Source: a bacterium (GTDB lineage Bacteria > Patescibacteriota > Minisyncoccia > Phycocordibacterales > UBA6899). Taken from it: DNA of 64,000 bases. The notes under the pieces are model-generated. The model was not told where the DNA came from and did no database searches. It saw nothing but the letters and a program-made list of their open reading frames with translations. This document shows, piece by piece, positions 37,851 to 47,883 of the stretch. The DNA is taken from NCBI GenBank assembly GCA_043743715.1, contig JAYTWK010000013.1, positions 5,268 through 69,267 of the forward strand, written 5' to 3'. Each line of letters begins with the position of its first letter. Position 1 is the first letter of the stretch. A program made the translations under genes and the position numbers.

Positions 37851-38531
37851 TTAGTGCGGTAATTGCTGCAATTGCGACTCCATCTGCATCAAATCCTGCT
37901 CTTTCGTATTGATATCACGATGTAGCTCTTGGTGCCGCATTTTTAAATGTGTGAGTTCATTCTGGCGACGAACGATATCCTGATTAAGGAGCGTCAGCTT
38001 TACCTCACGCTCATGCAGATGCTCACCCTCGGATTTTACGCTGAAGTGCTCAAGCTCTCCGGTACGGCGATGATCCTCCTTCATGCGCATGAGTCCACGC
38101 GTCTCTTCTTTGACCTCAGCAATCTCGCGCTCTTTGCCCGCAATCTGCTGTTTCAGTTGTTCTATGTCATGCTCAAGTTTTCGCGTCAAATCTTCCTTCT
38201 TGCGGAGCTCCTGCGTCACGTCACGTAGCTCGAGTTGCTCATGCTTCTCGACACTTGTGCCTTGCTTGACCTCCTGCTCCATGCGCCGTTGTTCTTCGGT
38301 GAGACGTTTGTGATCCTGCTCCATGTGATGAAGTGTATTTTCAATATCTTTGGTTTCGCGTTCAATTTCGCGCAGATGGTGTTCACGGTCAACAAGCTCC
38401 CCGCGCTTGACTCGCACGCGGTTCTGCAGCTGTTCTCGCTGTTGGCGTAAGTGAATCTTCTCCGCCTCATCGTTTCCTCCCTGAGAAGATCCTCCCCCTT
38501 GCGATGGTACTTGTTGTTGGAATGGTGGCAT
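37851..38531 (-). CDS. Coiled-coil hypothetical protein
   Basis: Heptad-rich E/Q/H/R sequence. Confidence 0.75.
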   Translation of the reverse strand: MPPFQQQVPSQGGGSSQGGNDEAEKIHLRQQREQLQNRVRVKRGELVDREHHLREIERETKDIENTLHHMEQDHKRLTEEQRRMEQEVKQGTSVEKHEQLELRDVTQELRKKEDLTRKLEHDIEQLKQQIAGKEREIAEVKEETRGLMRMKEDHRRTGELEHFSVKSEGEHLHEREVKLTLLNQDIVRRQNELTHLKMRHQELHRDINTKEQDLMQMESQLQQLPH

Positions 38532-38558
38532 ATGGAAAATTGTATCACACCCTCTAAC

Positions 38559-39092
38559 TCAGGAGCGTAGAAGATCATGCTCAAGGAGTGAGATCTTGCG
38601 TGCAGCTTCAGTGTCAATATCTCTCAGCTCTTTGACTTCGGCGAGAAGTTCTTTGTGTTTTAATTCCTCCACATCATCTTTGTTTTCTTTTTTAATTTCA
38701 TCGATTTCTACGTCTGCGCGATCTTCACGTGTCATGTCTCCGCGATGCTCAACCTCCTTGCGGGCGCCCGCCACACGCTCGCGCGTATCGACATACTCAG
38801 ACTTACGCAGCTGTATCTCGAGCGCGGTCAGTTCGCGTTGTTTTTTAGAAAGCTTGGCCTGCGCATTCAGCCGGGCTTGCTTCAAGTGCGCGATTTCGTC
38901 ACGTTTTCTTTTCTTCATCTCGTCATAGTCTTTTGCCTGTTGGTCGACAAAGGCGCGATCTTCAGTGCCCTTCTTCGTGAAGGTATCGTCCGATTGCTCT
39001 TCTTCATCTTCTTCATCAAGATCGTCATCGTATTCTTCGATCACAATCTGTTGCGGGATGACTATTTCTTCTTCTTCGTCGTCGTCGTACAT
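38559..39092 (-). CDS. Acidic N-terminus coiled-coil hypothetical protein
   Basis: MYDDDEEEE...; TGCTATACT 6 nt before ATG. Confidence 0.75.
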   Translation of the reverse strand: MYDDDEEEEIVIPQQIVIEEYDDDLDEEDEEEQSDDTFTKKGTEDRAFVDQQAKDYDEMKKRKRDEIAHLKQARLNAQAKLSKKQRELTALEIQLRKSEYVDTRERVAGARKEVEHRGDMTREDRADVEIDEIKKENKDDVEELKHKELLAEVKELRDIDTEAARKISLLEHDLLRS

Positions 39093-39137
39093 AGTGACAG
39101 TATAGCAAAATCCGCCGCAAGGCGGATGTGCTGACAA

Positions 39138-39401
39138 CTACTCAACTCCCGGTAGTATCCCCTGCTGTGCGCCTGCAATCTTCGCATCCTGCTTTGCTAC
39201 TGCATACTCTGCGAGCTGCTTATCGATAGCGGCGAGTTCGGCTTTATCAGCATCCTCGTCCTCATCCGGATCACCTCGCTTCACAACTCCTGCTTGAATG
39301 TTCGCTTCGGTCTGCTCCTTTTTAAATCTCAACCTTTCTACTACCTCGCTTCGTTCCTGGTCTAATCGTTCTTTGGTTTTTGGGAATTCTTCGTTTATCA
39401 T
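39138..39401 (-). CDS. Small helical hypothetical protein
   Basis: 87 aa; TATACT 7 nt before ATG; hairpin ATCCGCC-TTGC-GGCGGAT after stop. Confidence 0.7.
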   Translation of the reverse strand: MINEEFPKTKERLDQERSEVVERLRFKKEQTEANIQAGVVKRGDPDEDEDADKAELAAIDKQLAEYAVAKQDAKIAGAQQGILPGVE

Positions 39402-39433
39402 ATATGCCTAGTATATCGTCCAAAGTGCAACGG

Positions 39434-40237
39434 TCAAACCTCACTCGTCTGATATGCGCCATTTACAAGGTCAATAGTGGTGAGTGAGTGATTCGGCAAG
39501 AGCGCCCAAATGATGTCTGGAATCTGAAGTTGCTCGGAACAGATAATACGCTCGCCTCGCCCACCTTGCCCAAGATAAAGTGTATAGTAGCTTGTCGCCG
39601 CACTGCGCTTCACGAATGGATGATCTTGATCGAATTCACGCAGGGCATACGCATACCTTCCGTCGGTCAGGATTGATGATGCAGAGGTGAAGCCACCGCC
39701 CTGATATGAGGTACTCGTGCGTAGTGCTTGTACGGTGCGAACGATATGACTTGCAACCTTTTCTTTGTCATGCTCCTCACTCAGATCAAGGTCCTGTATC
39801 ACCAGATGAAAATAAAGTTCGGAGTCAGTCTGGCCGATGCAATGATCGCGCACCGGGCCAAAGATATCCTGTGCGGTAGCACCGAGTGTACCATTGTGAA
39901 TGAATGCATATTTTCCCGAAACAAATGGGTGGCTATTATGTTCGGTCGGTTCGCCGATGGTCCGCTTACGTATATGCGCGAGCAGGGCGTCTGGTTTGTG
40001 CATTGCAACAAAGGAGAGTTGATCATCCCGCAGCGGATCACTTGCACCGCTTCCCTCCGATCGAAAGTGTCGCAGGAGAACACCGCGTGAGTATGCGGCA
40101 ATACCCCAGCCGTCATGATGTCCCGGACTTGCTGCTACGGGCACCTGCCCTTCTTCGGCGAGGCGCAAGAATGTTCGGAGTACCAAGCTCCTGTCTGCAT
40201 TGCTGTCAGGAAGAAAAGCGAATAGCATTCTGCACAT
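39434..40237 (-). CDS. Class II glutamine amidotransferase (YafJ/EgtC-like Ntn hydrolase)
   Basis: MCRM N-terminal Cys, HHDGWGIA, AHIRK, NSHPF, FIHNGT, TDSE. Confidence 0.92.
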   Translation of the reverse strand: MCRMLFAFLPDSNADRSLVLRTFLRLAEEGQVPVAASPGHHDGWGIAAYSRGVLLRHFRSEGSGASDPLRDDQLSFVAMHKPDALLAHIRKRTIGEPTEHNSHPFVSGKYAFIHNGTLGATAQDIFGPVRDHCIGQTDSELYFHLVIQDLDLSEEHDKEKVASHIVRTVQALRTSTSYQGGGFTSASSILTDGRYAYALREFDQDHPFVKRSAATSYYTLYLGQGGRGERIICSEQLQIPDIIWALLPNHSLTTIDLVNGAYQTSEV

Positions 40238-40343
40238 ACGGATATCATCTGACTATAGCAGACGATGTCGATTGTGAAGCTGTGTATAAACCTTCGCAAC
40301 AGATATCCTTGACACTTCCACGCTCTTTCGATAACTTAAGTAG

Positions 40344-40421
40344 ATGCAACAGCGCAATTGGATGATTATTGGATTCATGTTTATTTCCCACAATAAAGCG
40401 GGCGCGGTGCATATTTCATAA
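40344..40421 (+). CDS. Putative leaderless leader peptide (25 aa)
   Basis: TTGACA-17-TAACTT then ATG 6 nt later: MQQRNWMIIGFMFISHNKAGAVHIS*. Confidence 0.5.
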   Translation: MQQRNWMIIGFMFISHNKAGAVHIS

Positions 40422-40436
40422 AAATCTCAAAAGAAA

Positions 40437-40476
40437 CAAAAGAAATACCCACCGTACGCGGTGGGTATTTCTTTTT
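40437..40476 (+). terminator. Strong terminator/attenuator upstream of ATP-grasp-like gene
   Basis: AAAAGAAATACCCACCG-TACG-CGGTGGGTATTTCTTTTT. Confidence 0.8.
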
Positions 40477-40565
40477 CTGAGGAATGTTCGAATCATACAT
40501 GCGGATATTCCCCAGGAAAGCCCTGGTAGTTCTTCACAATTTCACCCAGATAAGGAAGCCTGACA

Positions 40566-41969
40566 ATGGAAAATGAAACGTGTTTCGTGCCCGAACTGCA
40601 GTCGCTGTTCGATTGGCATGCGTATACACTGCATACGGCCGACCTCGGTCCGCTCATCGAACGGTCCGACATCGAGTCTTCGATAGGCCGGTTCCTGGTA
40701 CTCCCTGGATACCGCGTCACATACCCGAAGTCCGTCGTGAGTGTACTCATGAGTCTGTATGCCGAGTACAACCAGGCGTTCCGTCCGCTGGTCCAAGCGA
40801 ACAGAGAATGGAATACCGACTATCAGTACTGTACGACACCGGACGGAATTCCGGTCAACGGTTGGGTGCAGATAGACATGGTCGGACTGCCCCAGGGATT
40901 TCTCGACATCGCCGAGTCACGGACCAAAGAAGAAGTGTGCGCGGTGCTGCGCAACTCGATCTTTGAGATTGAGAACTCGCTCGCGATGTATCAGTTTCTC
41001 CAAGAAATCTTTTCGACCCCTCTAAACAATTCAATGTTCAAGCGTAGCTTCCGCGCGTCGCTCGATCGCATCCGTCAGAAGCACGGGAGGCCAATCGCAC
41101 TTCTTGCAGTGACCGACCAGAAGTATCTCGACATGAAAGCGACCGAGTTCGGAGCAGGTCCTGACGACACGCTTACTGACGAGGATGTGGAAAGACTCTC
41201 GGGATTTGATCATTTCTTTGGTCCAGAGGATTTCCGCGAGTATCTTAAAGCTCATGGCGGCGAATGCGAGTATCTGCTGTATGTGCGCTCGAGCGACCCG
41301 GTTCCCAAGTTGAAGTGTCCCGATGTCACCGTAGAGCACCCGCTCCTCGGCGACGAGGCGATGCGTAGGATCATCAAGGCTCATTCCCTCACCTTCAATG
41401 TCGACGCGCCCGACATGCCCTACGATGCGCGTATCAACGACACCAAGGAGTATATGTTCGCGATGGGGATGGCGTTCCCAGTCGAAGAAGAGGAGGACAT
41501 CATCACTCCCGAATTCGTCGCACACCTCGCGACCGGCAAGAACTACAGTGAGTACTACGGTACACGAGTGACTCAGCAATTCACCGGATATCTCGAACAG
41601 CAAGGAATCGAGCAATTCACAACCACCACGGGGGAACTCATGCTGCGGGCGAAACCGCTCAAAGGCACCTATGGCTGCTATGGACACCTCTCCGGCGAGA
41701 TGCGCAACAAGAAGTTCAGGAACGAACTGCGCCGACAACTGAAGTCACGAGGTAAGTACGTACTGCAGCACGAGATGGAAGTGCCGACAATCACCGGTGA
41801 AGAATGCGGCAGAGAGTACCTCTACATCGACAGGCTGTTCTTCTCGACCGACGGAGATCAGGCCACGTTCATGGGTGGATTCCGCTCACTCATGCCGAAA
41901 GATTCGGCCGAAGCAAAAGGTCGCCGGATCCACGGCAATGAGGAGACCGCCTGGGCTGAAATTGGTTAA
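40566..41969 (+). CDS. Hypothetical protein, probable circularly permuted ATP-grasp (GSP-synthase-like) ligase
   Basis: QIDM...FEIENS in N-terminal third, RAKPLKGTYGCYG, YVLQHEM, IDR, GGFR near C-terminus; SD AAGGAAG. Confidence 0.55.
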   Translation: MENETCFVPELQSLFDWHAYTLHTADLGPLIERSDIESSIGRFLVLPGYRVTYPKSVVSVLMSLYAEYNQAFRPLVQANREWNTDYQYCTTPDGIPVNGWVQIDMVGLPQGFLDIAESRTKEEVCAVLRNSIFEIENSLAMYQFLQEIFSTPLNNSMFKRSFRASLDRIRQKHGRPIALLAVTDQKYLDMKATEFGAGPDDTLTDEDVERLSGFDHFFGPEDFREYLKAHGGECEYLLYVRSSDPVPKLKCPDVTVEHPLLGDEAMRRIIKAHSLTFNVDAPDMPYDARINDTKEYMFAMGMAFPVEEEEDIITPEFVAHLATGKNYSEYYGTRVTQQFTGYLEQQGIEQFTTTTGELMLRAKPLKGTYGCYGHLSGEMRNKKFRNELRRQLKSRGKYVLQHEMEVPTITGEECGREYLYIDRLFFSTDGDQATFMGGFRSLMPKDSAEAKGRRIHGNEETAWAEIG

Positions 41970-41994
41970 CATGACCGCATTCATGTGTTAACTT

Positions 41995-42032
41995 GAACCG
42001 TGTAGCCCTTAGGGCGCACGGTTCTCTTTTTT
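41995..42032 (+). terminator. Terminator after ATP-grasp-like gene
   Basis: GAACCGTG..GCCC-TTA-GGGC.CACGGTTC then T-rich tract. Confidence 0.7.
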
Positions 42033-42034
42033 AT

Positions 42035-43150
42035 ATGAACACAAAACCGAACAAGATATCACTATCCTCAAAAAGCGCTACTATGGAGATTGTCGCACTC
42101 GCAAAGAAACTCATCGTACTGCGAACGATCCCTGCGCGCCCTCATGAGCTCACGAAGGCACTTGCACTTGCGCTTACACCACTACGAGGATTCACCGTCG
42201 AACATTTCACCAAGAATGGCATATCGAGCGTACTCGTACACAATCAAAAAAAGCGTCATAAGAAATTCAAAATACTTTTAAACGCGCATCTGGACGTTAT
42301 CCCCGGTAAGAACGAGCAATACTCACCGAAAGAAAAAAACGGTAGGCTTTACGGAGCCGGAGCGATGGACATGAAGGCGAATGCCGCATGCATGATCATG
42401 GCGTTTAAAGAGGTCGCGCGAGAGATTACCTACCCGCTCGCGCTTCAACTCACTACCGATGAAGAGGTCGGGGGATTCAATGGTACCCTTCATCAGCTAC
42501 AGAAAGGAGTGCGGTCCGAGTTCGTACTCGCGGGCGAGCCAACCAATTTCGATATCGTGCATATGACCAAGGGCGTGCTATGGCTACGCGTCACGGCGAA
42601 AGGAGAGAGTGCGCACGGCGCATATCCCTGGAAAGGCGACAATGCGATCTGGAAGATGAACGACTTTCTTGAGAGATTACGCTCGCAATTCCCGATTCCA
42701 AAGCAACAAGCATGGGTCACGACCGTCAACTTGAGCCGTATCGAAACCACGAACGATGCATACAACAAAATCCCTGACAACTGCACTGCGCTCCTCGATA
42801 TCCGCTTCATCCCCAATGATGCGAAGACTCTCGTCGCAAAAATCAAAAAACTGCTGCCGAAAAATTGTTCGATGGAGATCATTACCAATGAACCTGGATC
42901 GTTCATCGAAAAGAACGACGTATTGGTTACATCACTCGCAATCATCGCCCACCAGATACTCAGAAAGAAACTCATATTACGTGGAGCACAAGGATCATCG
43001 GATGCGAGACATTTCACTCGTGTGGGTGGAAGAGGCATCGAATTCGGGCCGATTGGTGCGGGCATCGGCAGCGACACCGAGTGGGTCGATATCAGGAGCC
43101 TCGGAGACTATCATGCCATTCTCAAAAAATTCCTCCTCTCGCAGCAATAA
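42035..43150 (+). CDS. M20 family metallopeptidase (ArgE/DapE-like)
   Basis: NAHLDV, GAGAMDMK, DEEVGG, GEPT, SAHG, SDAR, FGP. Confidence 0.92.
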   Translation: MNTKPNKISLSSKSATMEIVALAKKLIVLRTIPARPHELTKALALALTPLRGFTVEHFTKNGISSVLVHNQKKRHKKFKILLNAHLDVIPGKNEQYSPKEKNGRLYGAGAMDMKANAACMIMAFKEVAREITYPLALQLTTDEEVGGFNGTLHQLQKGVRSEFVLAGEPTNFDIVHMTKGVLWLRVTAKGESAHGAYPWKGDNAIWKMNDFLERLRSQFPIPKQQAWVTTVNLSRIETTNDAYNKIPDNCTALLDIRFIPNDAKTLVAKIKKLLPKNCSMEIITNEPGSFIEKNDVLVTSLAIIAHQILRKKLILRGAQGSSDARHFTRVGGRGIEFGPIGAGIGSDTEWVDIRSLGDYHAILKKFLLSQQ

Positions 43151-43153
43151 GAA

Positions 43154-43181
43154 GAAAAGACCCCAAGCGGGGTCTTTTCTT
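43154..43181. terminator. Bidirectional terminator between M20 gene and fusA
   Basis: AGAAAAGACCCC-AAGC-GGGGTCTTTTCT. Confidence 0.85.
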
Positions 43182-43195
43182 CTCTGTGCAAAAAA

Positions 43196-45352
43196 TTATT
43201 TGCCGCGAGCTTCGATCACCGCATTGGCTACATTCTGAGGAACCGCGACGTACTCCGCAGGCTCCATGGTAAACGTTCCGCGGCCTTCGGTCATCGAGCG
43301 AAGTGTCGTGGCATAGCCGAACATTTCTGCGAGCGGGATGATTGCCTTTGCGACCTTGAGCATGCCGCGCTCTTCCATCGCGTTCACTTGTCCGCGGCGT
43401 GATGCCACCGAGCCAGTGACGTCACCCATGAATTTGTCGGGGAAGACGATTTCAACCGCCATGACTGGCTCAAGCAGTGTCGGGCGTGCGCGCTTTGCGC
43501 CATCCTGAAGCGCCATCGATCCGGCAATTTTGAAGGCGATTTCCGATGAGTCGACTTCGTGGAATGATCCGTCATAGAGCTCTGCTGAAACATTCACGAG
43601 TGAGTAACCTGCGACCACACCACGCTCCATTCCTTCCTTGATTCCTTTTTCAATAGGCGAGATGAATTCCTGAGGGATGACACCACCCTTGATTGAGTTA
43701 ATGAACTCGAATCCGGGAGAGCGCTTCACATTTTTCGGAAGATCTTCCGCCTTCACCGTCAAATCCATCGGCTTCAGGCGAATGCGTACGTGGCCATACT
43801 GACCGCGACCACCGGACTGCTTGATGTACTTGCACTCTGCTTCTGCTTCGCCCAAAATGGTCTCGCGGTATGCAACCTGCGGCTTGCCGGTAGTTGCTTC
43901 GACGTTAAACTCGCGCTTCATGCGGTCAACAATGATTTCGAGATGGAGCTCTCCCATTCCCCAGATGATAGTCTCCATCGTCTCAGGGTCAGAAGTAACA
44001 CGGAACGTAGGATCTTCTGCGGATAATCTTCCGAGCGCGATACCCATTTTCTCCTGATCTTGTTTTGTTTTCGGTTCGATACGCATCGAGATGACCGGCT
44101 CAGGGATGACAATACGCTCAAGGATGATCGGTGCGTCTTCAGAGCACAGCGAGTCTGAAGTGAGGGTCTCTTTGAGTCCGACTGCGGCGGCAATCTCTCC
44201 CGCAAAGACTTTCTTCACCTCTTCGCGCTCATTGGCATGCATGCGCAAGATGCGACTGATGCGCTCCTTGCGTCCCTTCGTTGCATTGTAAACATATGAA
44301 CCTGATTCAAGGGTACCTGAGTAAACACGGAAGAATGCGAGCTGTCCGACGAATGGATCGGTTGCAATCTTAAATGCGAGCGCAGAGAACGGCTCTTTGT
44401 CGTCAGCATGGCGGAATATCTCTTCACCGGTCTTCGGGTCATGACCCTTGGTCGGAGGAATATCAAGCGGGCTAGGAAGGTAGTCGACGACGGCATCAAG
44501 AACGAGCTGTACACCCTTGTTCTTCAGGGCGCTTCCGGTGAATACCGGGACAATCTTGTTCTCTATAACAGCCTTGCGCAGAACGCGCTTTAAGTCTTCG
44601 ACTGCAGGCTCCTTTCCTTCGAGGTAGTCGTTCATCATAGTTTCGTCATTCTCTACGATAGACTCGAGCATTTCTGCGCGATACTTCTTTGCATCAGCAA
44701 GATGCAGAGCAGGAATTTCTTCTTGTACGAGCGTATTACCCATATCACCCACAAAGGTGACGTACTTCATGGTCAAGAGGTCGATGACGCCGGCAAAGTT
44801 CTCTTCCTCTCCGACAGGAAGCTGCATGCGTACGGCACTCTTGGTCAAGCGATCCAAGATGCTCTGGAACGAGCGTTCAAATGATGCGCCGGTGCGGTCA
44901 AGCTTGTTGATGAAGCAGATGCGAGGCACCTTTCCTTCATCGGCATAGCGCCAGTTGGTCTCCGACTGCGGTTCGACACCTGCGACGCCGTCGAACACCA
45001 CGACCGCGCCGTCGAGCACACGGAGTGAGCGCTTCACTTCAATGGTGAAGTCGATGTGCCCCGGAGTGTCGATAAGGTTGAAGCGATGCTTCTTCGTATC
45101 ATCACTCTTGTCGCCAACCTTTGCGTAGGTCGGGGTCCAGAAACAAGTAGTCGCAGCTGAAGTAATGGTGATGCCACGTTCACGCTCCTGTTCCATCCAG
45201 TCCATGACCGTGTCTCCTTCGTGTACCTCGCCAATCTTGTGCGATACGCCGGTGTAAAAGAGCACACGCTCTGAGGTCGTGGTCTTTCCCGCATCGATGT
45301 GAGCGATGATACCGAAGTTGCGAACTTTCTCCAGTGGATAATCTCGTTCCAT
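43196..45352 (-). CDS. fusA: Elongation factor G
   Basis: [35 protein letters not shown]. Confidence 0.99.
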   Translation of the reverse strand: MERDYPLEKVRNFGIIAHIDAGKTTTSERVLFYTGVSHKIGEVHEGDTVMDWMEQERERGITITSAATTCFWTPTYAKVGDKSDDTKKHRFNLIDTPGHIDFTIEVKRSLRVLDGAVVVFDGVAGVEPQSETNWRYADEGKVPRICFINKLDRTGASFERSFQSILDRLTKSAVRMQLPVGEEENFAGVIDLLTMKYVTFVGDMGNTLVQEEIPALHLADAKKYRAEMLESIVENDETMMNDYLEGKEPAVEDLKRVLRKAVIENKIVPVFTGSALKNKGVQLVLDAVVDYLPSPLDIPPTKGHDPKTGEEIFRHADDKEPFSALAFKIATDPFVGQLAFFRVYSGTLESGSYVYNATKGRKERISRILRMHANEREEVKKVFAGEIAAAVGLKETLTSDSLCSEDAPIILERIVIPEPVISMRIEPKTKQDQEKMGIALGRLSAEDPTFRVTSDPETMETIIWGMGELHLEIIVDRMKREFNVEATTGKPQVAYRETILGEAEAECKYIKQSGGRGQYGHVRIRLKPMDLTVKAEDLPKNVKRSPGFEFINSIKGGVIPQEFISPIEKGIKEGMERGVVAGYSLVNVSAELYDGSFHEVDSSEIAFKIAGSMALQDGAKRARPTLLEPVMAVEIVFPDKFMGDVTGSVASRRGQVNAMEERGMLKVAKAIIPLAEMFGYATTLRSMTEGRGTFTMEPAEYVAVPQNVANAVIEARGK

Positions 45353-45493
45353 AAAACAATAAATAATTAGTTACTAAACTCCTCCTTTTTCCGCTCGTTC
45401 CCAACGAAAAAAGTTAGGAGGAAAAAAATAAGCCATGTCGGGCTTGAGTTGGTAGAACTATATCCAAAGTTTGGCCAAATTGCAAGAACTAAT

Positions 45494-45748
45494 TTATTCG
45501 TATACCTCGTGGGTCCCCACATCAAGAAAATGGATGTCTTTCTCTTTAATTTCAACAATGACGCGGAAGTTGAAGTTCGCCGAGAATGCATGATACTTAT
45601 TCATTCGCCCTGATAGCTTATGAAGACGCAGTGCCTTATGTTCGCTCTTTTTCTTGAACCTCTCCGCGGCAAGAATCACATCGTTCTGGACCGCTTCGGG
45701 AAGCTTTTTGAGTGAGCGTAGAAAACGCCTTGTATAAAGCTGTGCCAT
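45494..45748 (-). CDS. RelE/YafQ-type toxin
   Basis: F.RSLKKL, LRLHKLSG, FRVI, DVGTHEVY. Confidence 0.85.
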   Translation of the reverse strand: MAQLYTRRFLRSLKKLPEAVQNDVILAAERFKKKSEHKALRLHKLSGRMNKYHAFSANFNFRVIVEIKEKDIHFLDVGTHEVYE

Positions 45749-45759
45749 GCTATTTCGAA

Positions 45760-45984
45760 TTAGCTCGGCAACTTCTTTATCAGCTTGTGCAGATCGCCTT
45801 TGTATACCCGACCCTCTTTGATATCCTCCTCTGCCTCACGGATACGCTTATACGCCCGGTCTTCGCGCAGTAGTCGAAGTGCCTGACGCACGACATGTGC
45901 CTTGGTTTCTGAGTTTCCTTCGCGTATTTCCATGTTGATAAAATCCTCGAGGTCCTTATCGATAGGTGTAGTGATGGTGGTCAT
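45760..45984 (-). CDS. RHH (ParD/CC2985-like) antitoxin
   Basis: TITTPI..DLEDFI...G..ETKAHVVRQALR, AEEDIKEGRV. Confidence 0.8.
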   Translation of the reverse strand: MTTITTPIDKDLEDFINMEIREGNSETKAHVVRQALRLLREDRAYKRIREAEEDIKEGRVYKGDLHKLIKKLPS

Positions 45985-46200
45985 ATACTATAGTGTAGTA
46001 CTACGAAATAGTGTGTCAAGTCTATTTCTCTCGAAAGGATCACCGTAAACAAATATCCCCCCAGTGGCGGATTTTCGTCTTTTTGCCTCAGGTTTTTGTG
46101 AGAATTTTCGGATGCAATTCGAATTTTTTACGCTGTGAGTGTCTAAGTTATCGATGCTGGGAACCAAATATGACGATGGTAGGTACTCGAGACCGAGAAG

Positions 46201-46464
46201 TTATTTCGGAGAATTTTTTGCGGACATGACGACTATAAATCCGACAATTCCGATAATAATTCCAATAGGAATTGTAGCCATTGTAAGGTATCCCAACGAA
46301 TACATCACCTGCAGTGGAAAACCGAGTGTGCAATTAGGTGTTGTGTTTTGATCAAGATTACATGAAAAAATCATACCCAAAATATTTGCTACCACTTGAC
46401 TAAGGAGCGGGAGAAATGCAATTACCACCGCAGTCCAGATCATCCGTTTTCCAAATACTTTCAT
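46201..46464 (-). CDS. Small two-TM protein
   Basis: Two hydrophobic helices with a C-x8-C loop. Confidence 0.65.
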   Translation of the reverse strand: MKVFGKRMIWTAVVIAFLPLLSQVVANILGMIFSCNLDQNTTPNCTLGFPLQVMYSLGYLTMATIPIGIIIGIVGFIVVMSAKNSPK

Positions 46465-46680
46465 TATTATTTATATTAACAATAATCATACAATTTATAA
46501 ACCACAAAAAAGAGAGCCAAAGAATCGCTCTCGTGGTTACATGTGATTTTAGGAATCATGAAATCATATTTCGATATACACTCCTAAGCGAGAAACAAAA
46601 ATACCGCCCGAGCGTACGTAGTTGTACCGGACAGCATTTTGTGAACTCAATGAAGTAGTGTGCTCGAAATGAGCTTTCAA

Positions 46681-47151
46681 CTACCAAGCGAAATGGGCAA
46701 ACGCTTTATTCGCTTCAGCCATCTTGTGCACATTCTCGCGCTTCTTGATTGCTTCGCCTTCATTCTTCGATGCTGAGATGATTTCATCGGCGAGCTTCTT
46801 GGCCATCGGGGCTCCCTTCTTTGAACGTGCTGCGTCAATAATCCAGCGCAGTGCAAGGAACGTGCGGCGCTCGGGACGAACTTCACGGGGGACCTGATAG
46901 TTAGCACCACCGACACGGCGTGAGCGGATTTCCATCAAAGGGCCTGCGTTCCTGAGTGCATTCTTGTACACCTCCATCGGGTCTTCCACCTTCATCGATT
47001 TCTTGATCTCCTCAAATGCGTCGTATACGACTGCTTGCGCAATTGATTTCTTACCTGAGAGCATAATGTAGTTCACAAGCGTCGATACATCGAGCGATTT
47101 GTACTGAAGGTCCGGCTTACGGATATTTCTATTTTTTACTGGTCTGCGCAT
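46681..47151 (-). CDS. rpsG: 30S ribosomal protein uS7
   Basis: SRRVGGANYQVP, HKMAEANKAFAH. Confidence 0.99.
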   Translation of the reverse strand: MRRPVKNRNIRKPDLQYKSLDVSTLVNYIMLSGKKSIAQAVVYDAFEEIKKSMKVEDPMEVYKNALRNAGPLMEIRSRRVGGANYQVPREVRPERRTFLALRWIIDAARSKKGAPMAKKLADEIISASKNEGEAIKKRENVHKMAEANKAFAHFAW

Positions 47152-47230
47152 AGTGTGTTGATTCGACTGGTCTTTCCCACAAGTCAGATGGTACTCCAGT
47201 GCGATATTAATTCAGTTAATGACTTGGAAA

Positions 47231-47647
47231 CTATTTCTTTGCTTCAGCCTTTTTTGCTCCATAGAGCGAACGTCCCTGCTTACGCTTCTCGACACCTGCG
47301 GCATCGAGGCGACCGCGGACGATAGTGTAACGAAGTCCGACATCCTTCACACGACCACCACGGACGATAACCACGGAGTGCTCTTGCAGCTTGTGGCCCT
47401 CTCCCGGAATGTATGCGGTGATTTCCATACCATTGGTGAGGCGCACACGTGCAACCTTACGAATAGCAGAGTTCGGCTTGCGAGGAGTCATGGTTGTGAC
47501 CTTGGTGCAGACACCGCGTTTGAATGGTGAATTGTAGAAGATCGGACGATTCTGGATCGAGTTGAAACCGCGTCCCATAGCAATAGCTTTGGATTTACGG
47601 CGTACAATCTTGCGACTGGTTTTTACTAATTGATTGATTGTTGGCAT
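47231..47647 (-). CDS. rpsL: 30S ribosomal protein uS12
   Basis: [24 protein letters not shown]. Confidence 0.99.
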   Translation of the reverse strand: MPTINQLVKTSRKIVRRKSKAIAMGRGFNSIQNRPIFYNSPFKRGVCTKVTTMTPRKPNSAIRKVARVRLTNGMEITAYIPGEGHKLQEHSVVIVRGGRVKDVGLRYTIVRGRLDAAGVEKRKQGRSLYGAKKAEAKK

Positions 47648-47845
47648 ATGACGATTTAAGTAACCTCCATAAATTGGAAGTTAGTTGATATATCGAGATG
47701 GTACCCGTTGCTGTTTCTCGGTTCAAGGCAGAAGATACACAGCCATGCATACCTCCATTTATTGCCTCTTGGATAACTCCCGTCAAAGACGGGGCAATTC
47801 GTCATCCGGAAACCTTAAAACGAAAATCAGCAACGAGTACCGCAT

Positions 47846-47874
47846 ACTCTAATATAGATAGGATGAAAATGCAA
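47846..47874 (-). promoter_or_regulatory. rpsL promoter
   Basis: TTGCAT-17-TAGAGT on minus strand, leader of about 190 nt. Confidence 0.6.
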
Positions 47875-47883
47875 CAAAAAGAC

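Noticed and set aside
39138-39401. Pup-like or LysW-like carrier protein
   Set aside because: Only the C-terminal Glu is suggestive; no GGE/GGQ or EDWGE motif
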